Assembly (NCBI GenBank): GCA_028534125.1
Contig: CM052816.1
Location: 28,770,001-28,834,000, forward strand
Length of the DNA stretch: 64,000 nt
Direction: 5' to 3'
From: Lama glama
Taxonomy: Eukaryota
In this document: positions 1 to 13,233 of the stretch, in pieces
Position numbering within the stretch: position 1 is the stretch's first letter
Layout: each line of letters opens with the position of its first letter
Program-made: the position numbers and the translations under genes
The notes under the pieces: generated by a model
Seen by the model: the letters and a program-made list of their open reading frames with translations, nothing else
Told to the model about the DNA's origin: nothing
Database searches by the model: none

Positions 1-275
1 CAGAGGATTTTTATGGCAGTAAAAACACTCTGTGTGATCCCGTAATGATGGATACACCATCATACATTTGACCAAACCTATAGAAAACACAGCACCAAGA
101 GCAAATTGTAACATAAACCAGGAACTTTGGGTGATTATGCTGTATCAATGTAGATTCATAAATTGTAATAAATGTACCACTCTGGTGGGGGATGTTGATA
201 TGAGAAATCTCTGGAAGCTTCTGCTGAATTTCTCTGTGAACCTAAAACTGCTCTAAAAAAAGTAGTCTTTTAAAA
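1..275 (+). mobile_element. L1MC-like LINE-1 3' end
   Basis: Typical L1MC 3' UTR motifs (aaatgtaccactctggtgggggatgttgata ... gaacctaaaactgctctaaaaaa); similar to 8662-8860. Confidence 0.85.
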
Positions 276-1054
276 ATATTTTTAATTAAGCAAATGAAAG
301 AATAATAAAAGTGAGTGTTTCCAAATGAAGATATAATAGCACTGGGAAATTAAATTATTTAATCAGGAATCAGTTAAGGGCAGTGCTTTTCTAGTGAGTT
401 ATATAGATTCTCTAAAGAGAAATTAATTAATTAAGAAATTTAATTAATGCATCAAGTGGACAAAATTCAGTCAAGTAATCATCTTCAACAATTTGTGATA
501 ATTCTTTTTACTACTGTTATAAATGCCACTTAGAGGCTCAGTCTTCCTTGCCATCCAACAGTGATCTGAACTTTGCCAGGATGAGTAAACATCAGAAATA
601 AAATGGTCTACCAATGCCAACTTGTAATTAAACATTGAACTAATCATTCTAAATTGAATGTTTGTGCAAAAACTACACAACATAGGAGGTGGTAGGAAAA
701 AGCAAACATTATAAAACAAAGAATTGATTTTACAATTCTTTGGTTTCTGTGTTATGAATTAAATATATAAAGTAATTCTGGAGAAAGAACAATGCCCAAA
801 GCAGACACAAAACTACTGAAATTCTGATTTAGGTTAGATCTGATTTTTAAAAAACCTTAACCCCCCCCCATCCACCCCTCCACATTATTCCTTTGTCAAT
901 TTGAGAAATCTTCAGAAAGTCATAATGGGAGGAGTTTTATTTAAAAAATAAAATTTGGAAAAACCTGAAATAAAACTTGAAGCATGGGAAAAATTTACCA
1001 AGGTTAAAAAAAAAAACCTTCACTGATAGTTACAGCTTAATTTTAAAACAATAT

Positions 1055-1285
1055 AATAATGATATGGATTGATTGCTTATCACAAGTGAGGCATTATTCT
1101 AAGGACTTTACAAATAATTATTGCTTAAAAATACCAAATGTAGATGTTATTAGTATGCCAATTTGATAGATAAGGGAACTGTGGTTTAGAGAGGTTAAAT
1201 AACTTGCCTATGGTCATAAGGCAGGTAACTGCTGGAGTCAGGAATTGAACTCTACAGCTCAGTCTCTTAACCACTACCAGGACTG
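1055..1285 (-). mobile_element. MIR SINE
   Basis: Reverse complement of MIR core (agagaggttaaataacttgcctatggtca ... ctcttaaccacta). Confidence 0.85.
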
Positions 1286-1779
1286 CAAAAGTTTTCTCTG
1301 ATGCACCAGGCAGCAAACAACATTTTCTTAACTAACACTCTTAGCCAGAACATTCTACATTCATTCTATGATCATCTAACCCTTTCATCTTCCTTGCATT
1401 CCTTCCTACTCCCACCATTTTCTCCTCCATCCCTTCTTTTTTCCCTCTTTTAACCCGATTACTTTCCAATCATCTTCTTCCCCATATTTCACAGGTGATC
1501 ACAGGGAACTAAAATACATTTTATCACATAAATTAAACGATATTGTGGTCCACTTCATACTGTTCAGCCCCTAAAAACGTAACAGGTTGTTTATCAGATT
1601 TCCTGTTTTTCTCTTAATATTGCAGGAGAGATGCCAAGTTAGTGACCTTTGTTAGGCAAAGGTTCCATGGCTATGTCCTATGTAGACCTTAGTCACACAA
1701 CAGATTGAACTGGGAGCCAAGAACAACAGATAATTAGGACGATTATAGAGCTCAACATTGAATAAACTCATCTAATACA

Positions 1780-2108
1780 ACAGGCTGAAAACTGGTAGTA
1801 TTTAGGACAAATGTGGCTCAAAGAAGTGTTTTATTTGTCCCACACTGCATTTTAAACTTTTTAAAATTTGTTAGAAATGTTTACAAATCGATTACATAAG
1901 AAAATCTGAATTTCTGGTTTCTTTTGATAAATTAAATCTGGCAATGCTATTTCTGATTTTTCAGGACAATAATCAGATGACGTTGAATAACAATTTCTAG
2001 CTCCCTTAGACAAGCTCAAGACTCTACAGTTTTTCGTTCCTACACACAGCCCAGTTCACTCACTTATACCTGCTGGCCCCTTGAACCAGTTGATACTGCA
2101 GACCCCTG
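1780..2108 (+). mobile_element. MER102-like hAT-Charlie MITE
   Basis: aaaactgg...gtgttttatttgtcccacac...aaatctggcaa...ttcactcactt...gacccctg follows the recalled MER102 consensus end to end. Confidence 0.75.
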
Positions 2109-2690
2109 ATTATGAAAAACTCATAAACTGCACTACCATTCCCTAGGTTTGGAAGAGAAATTAAGAACTTTCTTCTGATTTGGTTTATAACTTTTTATTT
2201 TTTATCAATTATTTTAAACTGGTTCTAAAATTGACCTAGTTTGGAAATTCACTAGTCCTTTTTTAAAGACCAAGAATTTAAATACATGACACTTAGGAAC
2301 ACTGAAATTGACATTCCTGTATAAAATAGGAAAAATCCAGAGGTCAGCCCAGAAGACACTGTGACTGTGTCAAATCCAGAACAGACGTAATTCTTAAGAT
2401 ATATCATTCTCAAATAATTAAAGTGAGTCAGTAAAGGACAGTAATCAATTATAAACGTTCAAGTTTTTCCATAGGGATAGAATTCTCTTTGTTTACCCCA
2501 GATATGTCTGTCTAAAAAGCATGGTTGAGTGGCAGCTTCACATTTTTGCATGGGTAGAGTTTAGAGGTGATAACCCATGTGGTTAGTAGGGAAGCCAGTG
2601 AACCTGTGTGAAAGAGGCTTTTTCAGAATAAGCTAATATTTTAATTAGACTGTATGATAGGGATTCATACAATACTTATATTTTACCTAG

Positions 2691-3213
2691 TGAAGCAGTA
2701 AACTAGCTTCTGTTCCAAAATGGCCTCTCTACTGCTACATCTGTTTGCTGATTCACACTGACTTGGAATTCTTGCAGTTTTTTTCTCTGACAAACCCCAT
2801 TTCTGTTTAACTTCCTTTTGTGCTAAACAGCCCTAACCTTCCCTTCACACTCACTCTCACTGCCACCCCACCTCATCCCCGGGCTTCCTTTGTTCTAGGA
2901 AGAAGATCATATTCTAACTGCCACCTAAACTCCAGAAACCCACAAATCAATCACAAGAGGACGCCAGACACAATGCATCTGAGTGGACTTCTGGAACAAG
3001 AAGAATGCAAGCTGTGCACACCCTTATCACGTGCTCCAAACTCCAGTAAACTTCCCCATACCCCATCTCTGGTGGACAGTTCTAAAGGTGTGAGCCTCCT
3101 ATGGTCCCCTTTGTCTAACAAAGCAATTAAAGCTGTTTCTTTTCTACTTCACCCAAAAGTCTGTCTCAAGACTCAACTTGACAGCAGTGCACAGAGGCTG
3201 ACATTCAGCAACA
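2691..3213 (+). mobile_element. ERV1-class solo LTR
   Basis: TG...CA ends; ATTAAA near 3126 followed by an ERV1-type U5 (tttctacttcacccaaaa...gcacagaggctga...gcaaca); no clear TSD. Confidence 0.7.
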
Positions 3214-3309
3214 ACAGAATGACTGAGAAAACCTCAATCCACCTGACTTTGTATGGGGAGATATTGTGGAGTTGTTGAAATGACCCTCAAACCACCTACG
3301 TGTCCTACT

Positions 3310-3500
3310 GTCCAGAATTTGGAATTAGACTAAGATCTGAAACATAGCTATTAATTTTATAATACTGGAAAAATTACTCAAAAATGTCTGAGTCACATTT
3401 CCTTCATCTGTAATACTATAGAAAAGTCTAAACTAGTATATATGCTTTTTGTAAGCATTTGATAAGATAATGACACAAATCTCTTAGCACAGTACTCAGG
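3310..3500 (+). mobile_element. MIR SINE (degraded)
   Basis: tttccttcatctgtaa core and cttagcacagt tail. Confidence 0.6.
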
Positions 3501-4634
3501 CTACATTTTAAAAAAATGTGTTATATTATGCAACTGTGCCTTCTATGCCTGTCACAAAGCTGGGACACGTAGTTCTTTAAAGGCAGAGTTGAATGTAGAG
3601 GCAGAGAGTTTGTTCCCTACTTTCCTTAATGTTAACCATTACCATTTTTAGAGACAAATATTAAAAATTAAAATCATAGCCACTGGAGAAAGTTACTGAG
3701 GCTTTTAGAACTTCTACAAAACAAAACAAAATTAAATAATTTTTAAAACTATTGACATTTCTGATTAGCCATGCATTCTTCTGTGGTTCTTTAGAGAAAT
3801 TACTGAGGATGAACTCACATCAAGCCTGTGGTGGACTTCAGCCTACTCCTTGCCCTAAGAGTGACATGGCATGCACTGGCTACTAAATGTTGCCTTTCTT
3901 TCATTTTCATCAGCATTTTGCTGTCAATGTTGCTTTTGATATCTTCTAGAAGGCCTGCACCTCTATTTGCTGTTTGTATCATTCTTTTGTTCCTTACTAA
4001 CGTCTAGTGGGTCAAGTCATTGTTGTCCTCCCTAATTACTGATAAAGTTTACCCCCACGCAATTACTTTTTCCATTTCTCACCATCAAGGGACTTCAGTT
4101 TCCCGAGTGTTTCTGGATTCTTGGAAAGAGCCCAGGGCCCTGTAAGATGGTTTCCCAGAGCAAGTAGAGCTCAGTAGAGAGCTAAAACCCCTTCTCTGGT
4201 ATTTGCTTCACATATACCCAGTTGCCTCCTTGACCCAACATTTATTAATCTCATTTTCAGGGCTTTAAGCTTTATATCCACTGATGTTACATAACATCAA
4301 AATATCTGTTTTTCTCTTGCCTTAACTCTTAACACTCCACTTTGCTTAGTGTCTTTTACAGACAAATCCTAAATAAGAGATGGTCCCATAGTCAGCTCCT
4401 ATGGCAGGCTTCCTGGTCTCCTAGGCAGAAAAAGATACCCGGTCAAAGACTGAAAACAGAGGGTAAAGAAGGATAAACAACAGTGCAAGCTAGAACAGAG
4501 CTGAGATTGGGGTAAAGAGGATAGAAATAATTAGACACAAAGAGAAGAGAACTCATATCTGTTGAGTCAAGTTGCCAAAATCACTGCTGGGAGCTCAGTG
4601 TGTGTATTTGTGTATATGTCTACACATACGTATT

Positions 4635-4800
4635 ATTTTTTCAGTCCTCACAACATCCCAGTAGAAAATATTTTATCCTGTAAGATAAAGAAATTGAAAC
4701 TAAAGAAGGTTAAAATATCTACCCAAGATTATATACTCATCAAGTTGAAAAACCAGAATTCAAAATCAGATTTGGCTACATTTTCCACTGAAACACACTG
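4635..4800 (-). mobile_element. MIR SINE
   Basis: tcctcacaacatccc...gaaattgaaactaaagaaggttaaa...cccaag. Confidence 0.7.
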
Positions 4801-4837
4801 TTCACACAACATCATCTGTTCATCAATTTTAATGATG

Positions 4838-5215
4838 TGTGCCTTAGGTTGGGACCCTGAGAAGGAGAGCCTGAGACAGTGATTTGAAAGAATGGATTTA
4901 TCAAGGAAGTGCACTCAGTAGAAAAAGACTGAGGGAGGCAGAATGGGTCAAGTGAGGGAGCTGAATAAATATGTATTCTCAGTTGGGCTCTAGGTGCAGC
5001 CTAATCTCATGGAGAGGTCAGGAGCATTAATTAAATCAGAGTTGGTTCCACCTTGAGGCAAGGGGGCTAACCTTTTATATCCCCATGTCAGTCAATCCTT
5101 TCTTCTCTCTTGGTTTATGGGAGGAGGAAGGACAATGAGCACTCAGTAGCAAGAACCCACAGCGCCTGGGGGATGGGTGTAGTGACTACAGAAATTTGAG
5201 CAAGGTAGAGACAAT
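4838..5215 (-). mobile_element. LTR16-like ERVL solo LTR
   Basis: ccttaggttgggaccc...ctgagac...tgaggcaagggggct...ccccatgtcagtca resembles reverse-complemented LTR16. Confidence 0.7.
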
Positions 5216-7044
5216 GGATTCTCAAGAAGACACAGTTAAAAACAATTCACTTACAAAGATAAATTCATCTTATGTCTTCCTTCTGAAACATGGATAAAAA
5301 AAATCCCAATGGGAATTTACCTGAGATAAAATTACACTTCTAAATTACAGTTAGGAAATCAGAAAATGTCATAAAGCTTTAAATTTGAGGTTAAAGAAGA
5401 AACTCTTGTAAATTAGGAAGTGCTTTTTTAATGACTAAAGAAAACAAGACTCCAATGGTTTAAATGTCCTAAGACTGCAGAGATAATAAGTAGTAGAGCC
5501 AAGATTTGAACCCAATTTCCCTGATTCTAAAGTTATTTTTCATCATCAGGACACTGTAGGTTTCCATTACAGTAACATACTGAAAAATTAGCTTTTGAAC
5601 TGGCTAAATAGAAATACTGATTTTCTAGCTAAGATTATTATTTCACACCATGGATCCAAATCATAGCTGATTCACATTATTTGTTTTACAAAACGGAATT
5701 TTAGAACATATATTAACTAAGTGTTTTAAAAGAATGCTAAAACTCCACATTCGAAATAATAGTTTAAATTGTATTTACTTTCAACCTTTATTAATAACAA
5801 AATTGTTTTTATTGTAGTTTCAGTGCCCAGTTAGGTCTTCAATTCAGGCTTGTTAATTATAAGCAAATGAATTGTTATGAAAGGTAGAATGTGATATAAC
5901 ATATATATTTTCTTTAGTGAAGAGAATTATCTTCTGGATAGTTAGATTCCAAATGACTTGGCAAGACAGAAAGTCAATGAAGTACAATAAATAGACCCAG
6001 TGGAAGCATTTTCCTTAAACAGCCCAGACTAAAACACTCATTCTTCAGATAATGTCAAGATTGGATTAGCCTGGTTAGGAGCTGCATTTTGTAAAGGAAA
6101 TTTTGCAGCTGAAATGCCAAGGATTTTTTGTTTTGTTTTTTTCTTTTTTATACCATGCTATTATCCTCTTGAGAAAAATACAAGCAGACTATTCATTCTT
6201 TTCTGGATATTTGATATGAAGCATAAGCCATTTCCATAGTGGAATTAGGTTTCTCCCTGACCCACCAGTAATATATTCTGGGAATAGCAGAGTATCAAAA
6301 AGTAACTAAAAAAGAATAAAAACTCTAGTTTCAATCATAACCCTGCATAATCTTCAATATTGAACATATCTCCTATTCAAACTGCAGAATTCTTATATGG
6401 AAAGCTCTATGGAGAAAATCAACCAAACCAAACAGATGAACACTCCTACTTCTCACCAACACACGTGCACTGAAGCCACAGTCAAGGGAGTCTAAGGACA
6501 GCAACTAACTTACTATAGCATTAGGTCTATGATGTTACTGATGCTGAAAATTCCCCAAGTATTTTGAAAGGCAATAATCAATTATAGTATCTTAGAGACA
6601 GGTGAAGAGGATAAGGGGTTTTTACGAGTCTGGTGCCTTCGAGATAAGCAGTAACTGAGTGTCAGAAATGGGGAAGGAAAGAGTAATCTATTTCCTTTTC
6701 ACACCCCAACACCATATTTCAGGAAAGAAATAAACATGGGATAGTACAACCCCTATTTTATGTTAACTTGTAAGTCTTATAAAGTAGATTTGATTCTGCA
6801 TTGTCATTTCTGAGGGTCAGTTCTCTTTTTAAAGAAACTACTATCAATACTGTGAAATAGCCTCCCCAAGGGAAAAACAGCAGCTTTTCTATAAGACAAA
6901 ATGACAACATGAGACCTTGGGTAACAACTGGATAGAAATTGTATTTACTGAACTACCCTGGATAAGTAGCAACAGAAGCTGAGCTGGCAACAAGGGAACT
7001 CCATGTTCTCCCCTCCCTGCCCTCATGCCACACCTAACGCCACA

Positions 7045-7270
7045 TTTAGATTTTTAGAGTCCAGTTCCAAAGCTGTCTTTTCTATGAAGTTCTCCCTGAC
7101 CTCTTACTGTGAAATAACCACTTATAACAATTAGGTTTCTTATACTGTACTGACTCTTCTGCTATAGAAACAACTTCTTAAAATCTGAGATAACATCTTA
7201 ATTCATCTTTGTAACCCAGCACCCACTCAAATATGTAATAGTTGTTCATTAATAGAATTTGGTTGAAGCA
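7045..7270 (+). mobile_element. L2 3' end fragment
   Basis: ttctatgaagttctccctgac...attcatctttgtaacccagcac...ttggttgaa. Confidence 0.6.
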
Positions 7271-8140
7271 AATCAAATTGTGGAAAAAAGCAACTAAAGT
7301 TTCAATTTGACATATCAGTATATACCCTGTCCTTCAGAGCATGTTAAAGATCAGTAGATCAATGTGATAATGACCAAAAGGCACTGGTATAAGCATAAAG
7401 GTCTAGAGAGTATAATATGGTAGTGGCATTATTATCTTCATTATCACATTATGCTCACCATTGAGTCAGAGTCCCAAATATACTGTAGGAAGAATCAAGC
7501 TGCCCTGACAAGAGAAGTATAAAGAATTAATTATTTTTGAAATAGCATTTTATTATCAAGAGACACTGACTGCCATTTAATCATTTCTTTCATGTACCTT
7601 CTATCAGGAGGTAGGTACAGTAAAGAGATTCTCTTGAAGTAACTTCAAAGAAAATGCCTACAGTTTCAAACTAATACAATTTTACAGTTCTAGGCTATTT
7701 CACAGAGTACAGCAGCTATTTCTCAGGCTAATTATTAGAAGAGACTACGTTTTATAGTGGAATCAGAATTGAACTGTGAAGACACTGGTCCAAAATTCTA
7801 ATTCCAGCTTATTAACTAACACACTATAAAGTCACTTGATTTTTACCCCCTAAAACCTTCAATTCATTCTTCTTTATGTTATTTTCAATGTTTACCATAT
7901 CTAAGGTTCTCAGTTAACTGCTAATTGTGTGTATGAAGCCTGATATGGAAACACTGGATGCACAGTCAGAAAAAAGAACATGTAATTTCTACTTTCCAAA
8001 AATTTGGAAATGCAGGGAGCACAGATCCAGCACACACAGGTACACACACATAAATATACATATGCACATGAAGGAAACTTAACTCCAGGCACAGACAAGA
8101 GACTTAACGACATAGCTGGTCAACGATGGTTTAGCAAATG

Positions 8141-8578
8141 TGTTAACTGAAAAAAATGCACAAACTAAGAGCTGAGAATTATGTTTTATTCTGAGGACTT
8201 AAGTCTAGAAGATAGCCTCTCAGATTGCTGAGGGACCATTCCAAAGAAGTGACTATAGAGCCAAAACACATAGGAAGTTTTTGCAACAAAAACCAGATAG
8301 TTGGAACATCAAAGGATTACTGTTAATTAAAGAAAAACCAGACACCTCAAGTTAATGAATTTAGCCCTTTTCTATGTATGGGAGGATGCAAGAGTCTGGG
8401 CTTACTGAAATCATTCCTTTGATATGCACCTTAACTATCTAGGGCCAGAATCTTGTTTCTGTCCATCCTGAATCCCCTCAGGGTGCACAGCTGGGAGCTG
8501 CTGCAGTGGCTGATGGCTTGATGGCCACAACATCCTTTGCCCCTTATTGGATATGGCAGGCAACCTTCTTAATCCACA
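8141..8578 (-). mobile_element. MER41-like (artiodactyl ERV1) solo LTR, copy 1
   Basis: TG...CA termini; near-matching 4-bp TSD aatg/aagg; clearly homologous to 26187-26687. Confidence 0.85.
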
Positions 8579-8661
8579 AAGGTATACTACAAATGCCAGA
8601 GAATCAGGAATGCAGAAATTAAAGTTTGACTCAATTTATTTAAAACAAGTAGAATGCATAA

Positions 8662-8860
8662 TATAACTGTGGACTTCAGGTAATTATGAGATGTCAATGT
8701 AGGTTCATCAATTGCAACAAATGTACCACTCTGATGGGGGATATGGATAATGAGTGAGGTTGTGCATGTGTGGGGGCAGGGAGTTTTGGGCCTGTATCGT
8801 CCCTTCAATTTTGCTATAAACATAAAACTGCTCTAAACAAACAAAGTTTTAATAAAAACA
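8662..8860 (+). mobile_element. L1MC-like LINE-1 3' end
   Basis: aatgtaggttcatcaattgcaacaaatgtaccactctgatggggga...taaaactgctctaaa. Confidence 0.85.
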
Positions 8861-10286
8861 AACAGGTAGACTGTATCTTCAAAAGTTTATGTAAGGAAAG
8901 AGGACTTAAAAGATAAAAGGAGAGATGGACATTTAAAGTTACTTAGGTTTGATCACTTACTTTTATCAATATGCAAAGGTAATGAGGATGTTTCTTTGTA
9001 TTACAAGAACATTTTCGTAGTACCAACTTGTCCTTCTTCATTTAATCATAACTTGTTTTTACTGATGTAAGATGTCTCAGATATCTCCCACAGAGTGCAA
9101 CAGTCATTCAGGGTAATTCCTATTTCTTTTAAAGTCAAAGATTTGGCTCTATCAAAGGACTTCTCTTAAAACAGAGTCCTAGTAATTATAATTATTTCTT
9201 CCTAATAATACATGTATTTCTTGAAATTTTGCAATCACTGAAAATGGTACTCTTTTAGAAATGTTTATTGAGAAGCCAACATGGTAGAGCAAAACTAGTA
9301 CTACTCAAGAAGAAGATGACCCTTATTCTCATCACTTATTTCCTGAGTGGCAATGAGAATACAAATTAAATTTTCTGGACCTCTCTCTTCTCTCCTAAAA
9401 ATTATTTTCTCTCTCTTTTTTTTTTTTCATATTCTCTCTCTCTCTCTTCTTTTCTCTTCCCACAATATTTATGAAGTTTCAGCTATCATCTGGAAATACA
9501 GAGATAAAAGAATCAGTCATGGACCTAAAAAAATTATTTGCTGGTTAGAAGACCAGCAAGTGAACAAATTAATAAAGTACAGAATGTTCTTGTGAACTAA
9601 ATTTTAGGATTAGAAATTAAGCTTCTATTCTGTATGCTTCAATACAAGTGACCACAGATTACACCCAACACATGGTTCCTAAATAAAGATGGGCAAGGGG
9701 AGGGCTTATAAAGGAATTCAAGAAAACTTTGCAGAAAAAGTAGTATTTGAGACTGAAGAAAAGGTAAGGATTAAATAAGCATAGAAGAGAGAGTAAGGGT
9801 GAAAAATCTATAAAGACGTGAGGGACATGTGGAATAGCTTTAAAATAAAAATGAGCATGGTATTGCTGAAGTTCAAGGTAAGGATGAGAGAAAAGCATAA
9901 GAAATAAAAGCTGAGAGTTGGAAAAGCCTAGATTATGAGGATGAATGTATGCTAAATAATTTAGATTTTATGCTGATGGTTTGGTTAAGGGAGGTCCTTG
10001 AAGGATTGTAAATACCAAAATGACTTGATCAGTTTGCCTTTCAAAAAAGATTGTTCTAGCAATCATGAGGAAAATGAACTGGAAGAGGACTGTACCAAAG
10101 TCAAGGAAATCAATAATAATATATAGAATAAATCAATCAAGAGATGATAAGGGATATGAGACCACAGAGAGATAGCGAGAATTATAAGAGACACTGAGGA
10201 AACAAAACAGTAAGCTTTAGATATTATTCCATGTGATTATCAACAGGGAGAGTCAGGGATGGCTGTCGCCTCTCATCTGAGCCTTG

Positions 10287-10689
10287 GATGAGTTAGCACT
10301 CGCTAAGTAACAACCACTAAATCTCTCCAGTGTACAATAGCACACAATTATTTCTTGCTCATGCACCTGTGGCTGTAACTTGAGCACAACTGGGCTTGAC
10401 TCTAAATGGCAGGTTGAGTCCAACCTGCTCCACATGTCTCTCATCTTCCTTGGACTAACACCTACCTAAAGCATGTTCTTCTTATCACAAAAGGCAGAAA
10501 GTCATCTCAGTGACTTTTTAAGCCTTTGTGTCCCAAATACGAACAATGCATTGGCCAAAGCAAGTCATGTGGCAAACAGCGAGTCAACGAGTGGTGAAGC
10601 AACTGTATCCATGAGGAGGCACAGCAAGTGTGTAAATGACACTAATCCATGGAAATGAAGAACTGAGACCGATGATTCAACTTACCACA
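10287..10689 (-). mobile_element. MLT1 (H/I/J-like) MaLR solo LTR
   Basis: taacaaccactaaatctc...ctgctccacatgtctctcatc...cattggccaaagcaagtcatgtggc...taccaca. Confidence 0.85.
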
Positions 10690-11199
10690 AAATCCAGGTG
10701 GACAGTGGGGAAATTGCTACAATAAGGAACTAAAGAGAAAGAGTATGATTTGGACATAGAAAAATAGAATTTGGGTTTGGATATATCGCTATGCCTCCAG
10801 CACTTTGAACCACTGATGTTTAGTAGGTGGTTTGTTATACAGACCATGCTATTGGAAGAATTATATGTGTTGGGAGCACAGATGGGAAATTGTCAACATT
10901 AATATTCAAAAGACACTGCGGATTGAATAGTGAAGAGATTCTAGGGGAAAGAAACCCAATATTTAAGGGATGAGTAGCAGCAGAAGACCCATAAAGAAGA
11001 ATGAGAGAAATAGTAGAGAAATAAAACCAAGAAGAAAGTGTTTTTATGTGCTAAAAGCAACTTAGGGGTCCAGGGAGAAAAAGAGTGAGAATTCTTAATT
11101 GGATTTAAAATTAAAAACAGCATTAGCAGCCTTTGCCAGAACCATTTCAAAAAACATGGTAAGGATGGAATCCAGAGGCATCTCAGGAAAGACTTCTTA

Positions 11200-11998
11200 T
11201 TATCTCTCCAGCTGCCCCGCATTCTCTCCTTTCCTCATCCCTATCATTCACTTCCCTTCGCCTTCAATACAAAAGCAGCTCTGCCTCTTAAACATGCCCC
11301 GTGTTTGTTCAATTCTCTGCATCTCCTCCACTCAGACACTATGATAACCAACCACATTCTAGCAGGTCTCCTGCCTCCACTCTTGCACCCACTGCAATCC
11401 ACTGTCACGTTATAGACTAATATTTAAAAATCAGAATTAGATATTCATAGTAAATATCTCCCCATGTAAGATACCACTCCTACCACTGATGGCACGGGAA
11501 GTCCTACATAGTCTGACCTCTGACAATCTCTACTACTCTCCCTCCACGTCAATATATTTCACCCAAAATGTCCTCTACATATTTCAATCACTTCAAAGCT
11601 GTCTCTACTTAGGATCTTTGCACTAGCCATTCCCTACTTCTCTAGTGTTCTCTTCTGTTAGATAACCAACTTCTTAAAATCTGGGGTAATGTTTACCTGG
11701 AATTCTCTGTCCACAGATTTCATATTGCTATACTGTCTAATAAATGAGATTTTGGGTTAAATTAAGACTTCCTTGAACACTGAAATGAGTTGCCTTACAG
11801 TCACTTTTCATCATAAAAACCTATTCTAATTCTCTACATTGTAGTTGTCAGTATCTGATTTTTTTTTTATTATTTATTGTCTGTCGCCTAACATTATTGC
11901 AAATATACTGCCCTATTTACAAGTTACTTTCATATCTCTCAAACATGAAACTGGACCTCAGAAACAGTAGATACTAGCAACTATTTGTTGAATAGATG
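11200..11998 (+). mobile_element. L2a-like 3' portion
   Basis: ggtctcctgcctccactcttgcaccc...ctttgcactagccattccc...tatttgttgaatagatg tail. Confidence 0.75.
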
Positions 11999-12384
11999 TA
12001 GAGTATTTTGGACTAACTGCAGTAGTTGAAGAGGAAACAGGATAAAAAGAAGTGGAAACCCTGAGAATAAAAAAATCAATTCTGAATCTTGACCAAAACA
12101 AAAAGGAGAGATGACACTGTACTTAGAGGTTATTCCTTAGAAGACTTTATTAACTTGTTTGTTTACATGTGCATGTATGTACACATTTTATTGCAATGAT
12201 TTTAGTATTTTAAAATGCTGATGAGAATGAAAGTTGGGAGAGCAAATAAAGCAGAAAGAGAAAATAGTAAAGGAGAGGAGTTCCTGAGGAAGTAGAAGGT
12301 AGTATGTTCAGAGTATTAGTCATTGATAGAAAAAAAGACACTTCTTCCACTTAAACCGGCAAGAAGAAGGAATATAAATGTTTG

Positions 12385-13010
12385 GGTTTTTTTCTTTCTC
12401 AAAATTACCATACTTACTGTTGTATAACCTACTCTTTGCATTTGATATTTCATGTGTAGTATCCCCTCTCATTAGAAACTTTCATACAGCATCATTTTTT
12501 ATTGGCTTTGCAAGTGCTCTTCATAAGAATGCATCATTATTTATCCAGTCTTTTTTCCTTGACAATAGGAAGTTTGTTTCCAATCTTTATTATAAAACAG
12601 ATTGCAACAAACCATACATATGAAATAAATATCTACATCTTTGTGCAGGTTTTAGAATATTTCTATGACAAAAATAACTAGAGTTAATGTACTTGAAGAC
12701 TTTGAAGTCTTGTGATATATACTGCAAATCTGGCTTCGAAAATTGTTTCTATTTCCAACTCTGTTTCCTCCTAGTCTCATGAAAAATAGGTATAATCTAC
12801 TTAAAGTTTTGACAATTTGATGGATGAAAAGTCGAAGTTTCTTTTATGGTACATTTCTTTGATTTCTAGTATAGCTGAAGTTTTTGTACAGATATTTTCC
12901 TTTCAGATTCCTTTAGTGTGTTGTTTCTTGATTTCAGCTGCCTAATTTTTTACTGGGACATTAGTCTTTTATTATTTCTGATAGCTCATTATATGTTTAC
13001 ATGATATTTA
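12385..13010 (-). mobile_element. Degraded L1ME-like fragment
   Basis: ttatttatccagtc...gtttgtttccaatc...tttgacaatttgatggatgaaaa...catttctttgatttctagt. Confidence 0.6.
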
Positions 13011-13233
13011 AGGGTTGCATAGAATTATTATTTCATAGATTTTAATATATCATGGTAACATGTATCATTATGAAAAACAAGCAGTATGTATACATTATAT
13101 TATGTATATTGGCAGGAAAATTTCCTAACAACTAGATTAGGACAACCAATTGATTTTAAAATCTGTCCCATCTCAGGGATGTTAAATTGTGAAAACAAAA
13201 ATAAAAACAAAAAACAAAAACCCTGTGCATTGT

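Larger units (their letters stand above)
9460..12370 (-). mobile_element. Old L2 element interrupted by an MLT1 LTR and an opposite-strand L2
   Basis: Purine-rich L2 antisense motifs (tttagattttatgct, aagattgttctagc, tttggatatat, aatatttaagggatgagtagcag) run 9460-10286 and 10690-11190, and probably resume at 12000-12370. Confidence 0.7.

Noticed and set aside
717..742. 10-bp inverted repeat caaagaattg/caattctttg with a 6-nt loop
   Set aside because: Short AT-rich hairpins of this size are expected by chance in 64 kb
1626..1770. Strong plus-strand acceptor followed by a short frame and AATAAA, a possible terminal exon
   Set aside because: Only about 21 codons, no upstream exon identified, and both motifs are common in AT-rich DNA
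2820..3278. 152-aa ORF, the longest in the track
   Set aside because: Starts at GTG, lies mostly inside a solo LTR and has no recognisable domain
2424..7468. Four TGAGTCA (AP-1) sites at 2424, 3389, 4563 and 7462
   Set aside because: Too dispersed to form a module; could easily arise by chance
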